Shown here: piece by piece, positions 25,733 through 32,000 of the stretch
How the letters are laid out: the number at the start of each line of letters is the position of its first letter
How positions within the stretch are numbered: the first letter of the stretch is position 1
Assembly: GCF_000175255.2 (NCBI RefSeq)
Contig: NC_017262.1
Span: 360,001-392,000 of the forward strand
Origin: Zymomonas mobilis subsp. mobilis ATCC 10988
Lineage (GTDB): Bacteria; Pseudomonadota; Alphaproteobacteria; Sphingomonadales; Sphingomonadaceae
Length of the DNA: 32,000 bases
Direction: 5' to 3'
Notes under the pieces: model-generated
The model's database searches: none
What the model saw: only the letters and a program-made list of their open reading frames with translations
What the model was told of the DNA's origin: nothing
Position numbers and translations under genes: made by a program

Positions 25733-27058
25733 TTATCCCCTCGCCAGATAAACAAAACGGCCAATAAACAAAGCCGCTAACAGACAGAGCAACCAATCGT
25801 CTTTTTTGAGCTTACCCTTGGCTATTTTCAAAGCCGTATAGGCAATAATGCCAAAAGCCAGACCATTCGCGATGGAAAAACTCAAAGGGATAACAATCAA
25901 GGTCAAAAAGGACGGCAAGGCTTCTTCGATATTATTCCAGTCAATTTCAATCAATGGAGCCATCATCAGTGACCCGACCAGAATAAGCGCGGGGGCTGTT
26001 GCTCCAATCGGAATAATCTGGGCATAGGGCGCAACCCATAACATGCACAGAAACAATAACCCCACGACAACCGCGGTTAAACCGCTTCGACCTCCGGCCT
26101 GTACCCCTGCCGCACTTTCAATATAAGATGTGACGGTAGAGGTGCCCGATAAAGCACCAACCAAGGTCGCAATCGCATCGGTTAACAGCATCCGGTTCAA
26201 ATTGGGAATAGTGCCGTCTTTATCCATTAAACCGGCTCGTTTTGTCACCGCAACCAAGGTGCCGATATTGTCGAACAGATCAACAAATAACAGGATGAAC
26301 AAAATCTCGATAATGGCCGAACCGAAATTATGACCGCGAAATAAAGCCCCCTTAATATCAAGGGCAAAGGCCGTTTTACCTAACATGGCGGGGCTATAAT
26401 CACTGCCCGAAAAATGGACAAAACCGGATAAGATACCGATGAAAGTTACGGCCAAAATACCGATCAGGATAGCCCCCCTCACCCGATAAGCCATTAAAAT
26501 AGCTGTCAGAAGAAGGCCGCCTATCGCTAACAGCGTTTGCGTATTACCGAGCGATCCCAAAGTTACCAAACTTGATGGGCTGGCCTGAATAATGCCGGCA
26601 TTTCTAAGACCGATAAAGGCAATAAAAAGCCCGATACCGCCCGCCGTTGCCGAAAAAAGAGAATGAGGAATGGCTTTGATAATCATTTGCCGAATACCGG
26701 CAAAAGTCAGAAATAGGAAAATCGCCCCTGACAGGAAAACGCATCCCAAGGCTTGTGTCCAAGGGATGCCCATCTGCCCAACAACGGTAAAGGCGAAATA
26801 GGCATTCAGCCCTAATCCGGGTGCCAAGGCCAAAGGCGTATTGGCATAAAAACCCATCAAAAGACTGGCAAATCCGGCCGCAAAACAAGTGGCAGCGGCG
26901 ACTGCGGCATAAGGCATGCCCGCCTGTGCCAAAAGGGTCGGATTGACCACAATAATATAAGCCATGGTTAAAAAGGTCGTTAAACCTGCCATGACTTCGG
27001 TGCGAATAGTTGTCCCGCGTTCTGTCAGCCTGAAATAGCGGTCAAGCCATTGTTGCAT
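25733..27058 (-). CDS. Purine (adenine/guanine/hypoxanthine) permease, AzgA-like NCS2 family
   Basis: GTTIRTEVMAGLTTFLTMAYIIVVNPTLLAQAGMP; NTPLALAPGLGLNAYFAFTVV; ESAAGVQAGGRSGLTAVVVGLLF. Start taken at MQQWLDRYF; the ORF is open to 27079. Confidence 0.93.
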   Translation of the reverse strand: MQQWLDRYFRLTERGTTIRTEVMAGLTTFLTMAYIIVVNPTLLAQAGMPYAAVAAATCFAAGFASLLMGFYANTPLALAPGLGLNAYFAFTVVGQMGIPWTQALGCVFLSGAIFLFLTFAGIRQMIIKAIPHSLFSATAGGIGLFIAFIGLRNAGIIQASPSSLVTLGSLGNTQTLLAIGGLLLTAILMAYRVRGAILIGILAVTFIGILSGFVHFSGSDYSPAMLGKTAFALDIKGALFRGHNFGSAIIEILFILLFVDLFDNIGTLVAVTKRAGLMDKDGTIPNLNRMLLTDAIATLVGALSGTSTVTSYIESAAGVQAGGRSGLTAVVVGLLFLCMLWVAPYAQIIPIGATAPALILVGSLMMAPLIEIDWNNIEEALPSFLTLIVIPLSFSIANGLAFGIIAYTALKIAKGKLKKDDWLLCLLAALFIGRFVYLARG

Positions 27059-27272
27059 GATATCCCCCATTTCCGCCATTCGTTACATTATATTGCCAAG
27101 AACTGACAGGACTTTGTCGCCTTGATCCAAAATTTTTCAAAAGAGAATGTAAAGCATTAAAAAAAGAGACAATATCTTTTAATAAATCACCACATAACAT
27201 ATTGAAAAATAAATATTTTTCTTCAAATAATTGCGGATTAAACCGATATTTCGCAATCGTTTTTGACATAAT

Positions 27273-28469
27273 TCAGGACACCAATAAACCGGCTAAGGTC
27301 GCACTCATTAAATTGGCAAGAATGGCGGCGACTAATGCTCGTCCACCCAATCGGGCAATTACAGGCCGTTGCTGCGGCACGATCCCGCCTATCACGGCCA
27401 TTTGAATGGCAATCGATGAAATATTAGCAAAACCACACAGCGCAAAAGTCACAATAGCCATGCTATGAGGAGACAAATCGGACGTTATTTGGCCAAAATG
27501 GATATAGGCAATAAACTCGTTCAGAATAACTTTTTCACCCATCAGACTACCAGCAACGCCTGACTCTGCCCAAGGCACCCCCATCAACCACATAACAGGG
27601 CGGAAAGCCGTGCCGATCAAACTTTGAAAGGTCACATCCGGCCAACCAAACCAGCCTCCAACCATCTGGCAGATTCCATTTGCCATAGCCATCAAGGCAA
27701 CAAAGGCCATGACCATTGCCCCAACAGCCACAGCCAGCTTGACCCCTTGTTGGGCGCCTTCGGCGGCGGCCATAATAATATTGGCTGATTTTTTCTGATG
27801 AGGTGCAATTTTTTCTTCAAAATCACCGGCATCGCTCAAATCGGGCATCATCATTTTGGCCATCATGATACCGGCGGGCGCTGCCATCAAATTCGCCGTT
27901 AACAGATAATCCAACCGAATACCCATCTGGGCATAAGCGGCCAATAACGTGCCGGCAATGCCACTCATCCCCGTTACCATAATGGTGAAAAGCCTTTCGG
28001 GCGGCAATTCAGCCAAATAGGGTCCCACGACCAAGGGGGATTCACTTTGTCCAACGAAAATATTGGTTGCGCAATTGATGGCTTCAATCCGCCCGATCTG
28101 GGTCAATTTCTCAATCGCCCCCCCGATCCAACGCACCAAAAACTGCATCAAGCCAAGATGATAAAAAATAGAAATCAGAGAAGAAAAAAAGATCAAAACC
28201 GGCAAAGCCTGCATCGCAAAATTATGGCCCAAAGGCGATGTCGCCAAAGGGCCAAAAAGGAAAGCCGAACCGGCTGACGCATATCCGATAAAATTATTCA
28301 CAAAGCGGGCAATCGCCGCCATCATATTTTGCCCGAAAGGGACATAAAGGATAAGAATAGCAAGGATAATCTGCGTTAAAAATGCCCCAAAGACCTGTCG
28401 CATTTTGATTTTTCGGCGGTTCGACGACAAGCCGAAAGCAACCAGAATAAGGCATAATGCGCCCATCAT
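27273..28469 (-). CDS. Concentrative nucleoside transporter, NupC family
   Basis: GLSSNRRKIKMRQVFGAFLTQ; CATNIFVGQSESPLVVGPYL; CGFANISSIAIQMAVIGGIVPQQRPVIARLG. Confidence 0.92.
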   Translation of the reverse strand: MMGALCLILVAFGLSSNRRKIKMRQVFGAFLTQIILAILILYVPFGQNMMAAIARFVNNFIGYASAGSAFLFGPLATSPLGHNFAMQALPVLIFFSSLISIFYHLGLMQFLVRWIGGAIEKLTQIGRIEAINCATNIFVGQSESPLVVGPYLAELPPERLFTIMVTGMSGIAGTLLAAYAQMGIRLDYLLTANLMAAPAGIMMAKMMMPDLSDAGDFEEKIAPHQKKSANIIMAAAEGAQQGVKLAVAVGAMVMAFVALMAMANGICQMVGGWFGWPDVTFQSLIGTAFRPVMWLMGVPWAESGVAGSLMGEKVILNEFIAYIHFGQITSDLSPHSMAIVTFALCGFANISSIAIQMAVIGGIVPQQRPVIARLGGRALVAAILANLMSATLAGLLVS

Positions 28470-28514
28470 GCCCGTTAGACGTTCTGTAAAAATAGCCCCT
28501 ACCCCTTTAAATTA

Positions 28515-28545
28515 CCTGCCTTCGTTTCTTCTATACGAAGGCAGG
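28515..28545. repeat. Perfect inverted repeat (hairpin) between the efflux operon and nupC
   Basis: CCTGCCTTCGT-TTCTTCTAT-ACGAAGGCAGG, 11-bp perfect stem. Confidence 0.85.
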
Positions 28546-28562
28546 CATCTTCGGGAAGACTG

Positions 28563-30164
28563 TTATCCCTGTTTTCCTTGCTTTTTCTTGGGCGCTGGTG
28601 CCAACCAGATCACCGAAGAAGCCACAACAAAAACCATCGTGCTGATAAAGAAAATATGGGTCGTTGATAGCGCATAAGACTGCGTATCCACCAAAGCATC
28701 GAAAAAAGCTCTGGCTTTCAGGGTATTTTGCCCACCCATTTGCAGAACGGGCAAGATGGCATTCGGGGTCGGAATGACATTGGCCAATTCATTATGCATT
28801 TTACGGGCATAATCTTCCCAAACCGTGGTTGACCAAGAGGTTCCGATAGCCCCCGCCAAAGTTCTCAAAAAGTTCATGAGACCCGCGGCAGAAGTCGTTT
28901 CTTCCGGCAACACGGAAGATAAAGCAAGGGTCGTCAACGGGACGAAGAAGAAAGGCATCCCGATACCCTGCAAAAATTGGGGAACCGCAAATATCCAATA
29001 GCTGCTATTGGTATCCCAAAAAGTGCGGAGCGCCGTGCATCCTCCCAGCCATAAAATACCGAAACTGACAAGAATACGGGCATCAACCTTACCGCTTAAC
29101 TTTGCAACGATAGGAGAAAAACATACCGCCAGAATACCCGACATAGCGGTCACAAGACCGGAATCGGTTGCGGTATAGCCCATAACACGTTGAAGCCACT
29201 GCGGAATAATCACGGCCGAAGCGAAAAACACCCCGAAACTAAAGGATAGGGACAGAACACTGATCGTAAAGCCGCGATGCCGGAAGATCTTAAGATCAAC
29301 GATCGGTTGTTTTTCGGTCAGCTCCCAAATCACGAAAACAACGAAGCCGATTGCCGCCAGAATAAGCAGGGTGACAATCATCCGGCTGCTCAACCAGTCG
29401 TGATCGTGACCAAGGTCAAGGGCAATCTGGAGACAAGCGATCCAGATAACCATGATAGTGAGGCCGCCCTTATCAATATATTCTTTCAGGGTGCGGGTTT
29501 CGACACTCCGTAACAGAGCAAAAACACCCATGGCACAGATAATCCCGATAGGAATATTGATATAGAAAATCCACGGCCACGACCAGTTATCACTTAACCA
29601 ACCACCCATAATAGGGCCAATAATTGGCGCGGTAATAGTCGTCATTGCCCAAATACCCATCGCTTGCGCATGCTGCTCTTTTCTGAACACACGCAGCAAA
29701 AGCGTTTGAGTAATTGGCATCAACGGGCCACCGAAAAAGCCCTGCAAACAACGGAAAATCAACAGAACCATCAGGCTATGCGAAAAACCGCACAAGCAAG
29801 AGAAACTGGTAAAACCAATAATCGAAATAAAGAACAAAAGCACGGTGCCAAAACGACGGGAAAGCCATCCCGTCAATGGCACACAGATAGCTTCTGCCAC
29901 CGCATAAGAGGTAATAACCCAAGTGCCTTGGGAGTTAGAAACCGCAAGGTCTCCAGCGATATGAGGCACCGAAACATTGGCAATGGTTGTATCAAGCACA
30001 ACCATAAAATTGGTCAAAGCCAGAATGATACAGGCAATGGCCTGTTTAGAACCAGACAGAAGACCTTCCGCCGAGGCGGGCTTCCTTTGATCATCGGGAG
30101 GACCAAAGGAAAAACCCGCAAAAAAGTCATGAAAGCGATGACTAATTTTTTGAAGAAAGGTCAA
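28563..30164 (-). CDS. emrB: Multidrug efflux MFS transporter, DHA2 family (EmrB-like)
   Basis: IILALTNFMVVLDTTIANVSVPHIAGDLAVSNSQGTWVITSYAVAEAICVPLTGWLSRRFG; 14-TM-type length. Confidence 0.93.
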   Translation of the reverse strand: MTFLQKISHRFHDFFAGFSFGPPDDQRKPASAEGLLSGSKQAIACIILALTNFMVVLDTTIANVSVPHIAGDLAVSNSQGTWVITSYAVAEAICVPLTGWLSRRFGTVLLFFISIIGFTSFSCLCGFSHSLMVLLIFRCLQGFFGGPLMPITQTLLLRVFRKEQHAQAMGIWAMTTITAPIIGPIMGGWLSDNWSWPWIFYINIPIGIICAMGVFALLRSVETRTLKEYIDKGGLTIMVIWIACLQIALDLGHDHDWLSSRMIVTLLILAAIGFVVFVIWELTEKQPIVDLKIFRHRGFTISVLSLSFSFGVFFASAVIIPQWLQRVMGYTATDSGLVTAMSGILAVCFSPIVAKLSGKVDARILVSFGILWLGGCTALRTFWDTNSSYWIFAVPQFLQGIGMPFFFVPLTTLALSSVLPEETTSAAGLMNFLRTLAGAIGTSWSTTVWEDYARKMHNELANVIPTPNAILPVLQMGGQNTLKARAFFDALVDTQSYALSTTHIFFISTMVFVVASSVIWLAPAPKKKQGKQG

Positions 30165-31356
30165 TGTCAGCCTCCATCGACAAACCCACGCGCAACGGAT
30201 GGGCTCTCAATTCCTTGGGATCAAGGGCAATACGGACAGGCAAACGCTGAACAACTTTGATCCAGTTACCCGTCGCATTCTGGGCAGGGATAAGAGAAAA
30301 GGCAGAGCCGGTGCCGCCTGAAAAACCGACGACATGACCGTGATAGACGACATCACCACCGTAAAGATCAGATTTGACCGTTGCCGTCTGGCCAACCTTG
30401 ACCTTGCCAAGCTGGGTTTCTTTGAAATTGGCATCGACATAAATCTGTTCGATCGGCACAATGGTTGCAATCGGGGTGCCGACATTGACACGCTGACCAA
30501 CCTGAACTTGCCTTTGGGTCACAACGCCTGCCATAGGGGCGCGAATTTCAAGACGACTATTGTCTAAACGCGCCTGATCCAAGGCAGCTTTGGCGGCACG
30601 AACTTGCGGGTTGGTGCTGACCGTTGTGTTTTTAATCAAAGCCTGATTGGCTTCAAAATTACCGATTGCTTCTTCTTTTGCGGCATGAGCCTGATCGACA
30701 GCAGCATGACTTTGCAACAAAGCCGCCCGTGCTTTTTCCAAAGCATTAGAAATAGCCGTCATTTCATCCCGTGACACAGCACCGGATTCAACTAAGGAAC
30801 GACGACGGTTATAGTCGGTTTCTGCCCGATGATAGGTTGACTGCGCGGACAGGTAATTGGCTTCAGCTTGCTCGACATTAGCCTGCTGCGCAACAATAGC
30901 TTGGGACAAGGCATCACTGCTAGCCGAAGTCTGTCCGAATTTTCTTTCTGCTGCTGCAAAATCAGCTTCAGCCTTTGCTAAAGAAATCTTTTGGTCATCG
31001 GGATTAAGACGAACCAGCAAATCCCCTTTTTGAACCTGTTGGGTATCGGAAACAAAGACCTGCGCGACCGGCCCCGAGACCAAGGCCATGACCTGCGCGG
31101 ATTCAGCATTAGTATAAGCGTTGTCAGTTGACGCATGACGGGAACCGACCAAGAAATACCAGATACCATAGATAATCGCGATCACGATCAGCAGAATAGC
31201 TAGAGAGCGTAACCAGCGTTTTCTATTGGATTTATTCTGTTCATCCGGCTCGGAAGCGGTATTCTGGGTAGCGTCCTGTTTATCCAATGACAGCTTGCTG
31301 TCACCCTGATCTGCGGCGGCCTGAACCGTGGTATTGTTATCTGCCATAGTTGTCAC
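30142..31356 (-). CDS. emrA: HlyD-family efflux periplasmic adaptor (EmrA-like)
   Basis: DNAYTNAESAQVMALVSGPVAQVFVSDTQQVQKGDLLVRLNPDDQKISLAKAEADF; RAPMAGVVTQRQVQVGQRV. Confidence 0.93.
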   Translation of the reverse strand: MTTMADNNTTVQAAADQGDSKLSLDKQDATQNTASEPDEQNKSNRKRWLRSLAILLIVIAIIYGIWYFLVGSRHASTDNAYTNAESAQVMALVSGPVAQVFVSDTQQVQKGDLLVRLNPDDQKISLAKAEADFAAAERKFGQTSASSDALSQAIVAQQANVEQAEANYLSAQSTYHRAETDYNRRRSLVESGAVSRDEMTAISNALEKARAALLQSHAAVDQAHAAKEEAIGNFEANQALIKNTTVSTNPQVRAAKAALDQARLDNSRLEIRAPMAGVVTQRQVQVGQRVNVGTPIATIVPIEQIYVDANFKETQLGKVKVGQTATVKSDLYGGDVVYHGHVVGFSGGTGSAFSLIPAQNATGNWIKVVQRLPVRIALDPKELRAHPLRVGLSMEADIDLSSKN

Positions 31357-31368
31357 TCACAAAAAAAG

Positions 31369-32000
31369 TTATGCTGCCGTAAAACCGCCACCCAAAGCCT
31401 GAATCAAAGAGACATCAAGCTGGAAGGCTCTCGCCCGAAGATCGGCGACTGCTTTTCTCAGGGTCAGGACGTTTTCCTCCCCCTGCAAAACCTCGATATA
31501 GGTCACGAGACCGCTTTTATAGCGGTTTGCTAACACATTATAGGAAAGTTCGGCATGATTAAGGGCTTGAACCGTTTGGTCAAGCTGAAGATTAAGTTGT
31601 TTTTGACTGGTTGCCGCATCAGCGACCTGCTGCAACGCCTGTGACAAGGTTTTGTCATAGCTGGCAACGGCTTCCTGATAGGTCGCCCATGCCTCGCGAT
31701 ATTGACCGGACAGGCTGCCACCTCTGAAAATAGGGAGATTAAGTGCCGCACTTGCCGCTCCCAAAGCCAGACCATGGGTAGCCATATGCTCCAAAGCGCG
31801 CGTCTGATAACCGACAATACCGTTTAGGCTGACATTGGGATAAAATTGGGTTTTTGCTACTTTGACGCGATAGCCGGCGGCTTCCGCTGTCAAACGCGCG
31901 GCCACAATATCAGGCCGCCGCCCCAAAAGATCCAAAGCCGCATTATCCGGCAAACCGACTGCCCGCAATTTCACAGATTGAGGCCGCGTGATCGCCATAC
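31369..32000 (-). CDS. Outer-membrane efflux protein, TolC/NodT family, partial (continues beyond window)
   Basis: LLGRRPDIVAARLTAEAAGYRVKVAKTQFYPNVSLNG and the NYRSGLVTYIEVLQGEENVL-like segment; only the C-terminal half is present. Confidence 0.9.
   Translation of the reverse strand, partial: MAITRPQSVKLRAVGLPDNAALDLLGRRPDIVAARLTAEAAGYRVKVAKTQFYPNVSLNGIVGYQTRALEHMATHGLALGAASAALNLPIFRGGSLSGQYREAWATYQEAVASYDKTLSQALQQVADAATSQKQLNLQLDQTVQALNHAELSYNVLANRYKSGLVTYIEVLQGEENVLTLRKAVADLRARAFQLDVSLIQALGGGFTAA

Noticed and set aside
27042-27269. 75-aa minus-strand ORF between nupC and azgA
   Set aside because: Overlaps the azgA start, no clear RBS or family resemblance; probably chance in AT-rich DNA.
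1-32000. Search for CRISPR arrays, IS elements, prophage, toxin-antitoxin or defence systems
   Set aside because: No regular direct repeats, transposase, integrase, Cas, restriction or TA-like ORFs seen. All large ORFs are accounted for by housekeeping, transport or hopanoid functions.

Overview
This 32 kb chromosomal window looks like an alphaproteobacterium. Gene content and codon flavour suggest Zymomonas mobilis or a close relative; this is inference, no database was searched. Left to right it contains: an exported Lys/Thr/Ala-rich LEA-like protein; a serine carboxypeptidase (S10 family); a small heat-shock protein (Hsp20) with a ROSE-like RNA-thermometer leader; two divergent DUF465/YdcH-type small proteins; dksA; serS-surE-LysM/M23 peptidase; a compact oligopeptide/dipeptide-type ABC operon in which five modules sit on three overlapping ORFs, including a binding-protein/permease fusion; dnaN; a btuB-like TonB receptor with a cobalamin riboswitch, divergent from a btuF-like gene; an aldo/keto reductase; tRNA-Gly(TCC); and a long minus-strand block. 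That block holds a tripartite EmrAB/TolC-type efflux system, a nupC-like transporter, an azgA-like permease, a purine nucleoside permease-family protein, adenine deaminase, and hopanoid genes hpnI, hpnJ, hpnK and hpnL. I see no CRISPR array, prophage, transposon or obvious defence system. The best candidates for a second look are the Hsp20 leader thermometer, the purine-salvage genes abutting the hopanoid side-chain genes, and the binding-protein/permease fusion whose signal peptide lies upstream of the called start.
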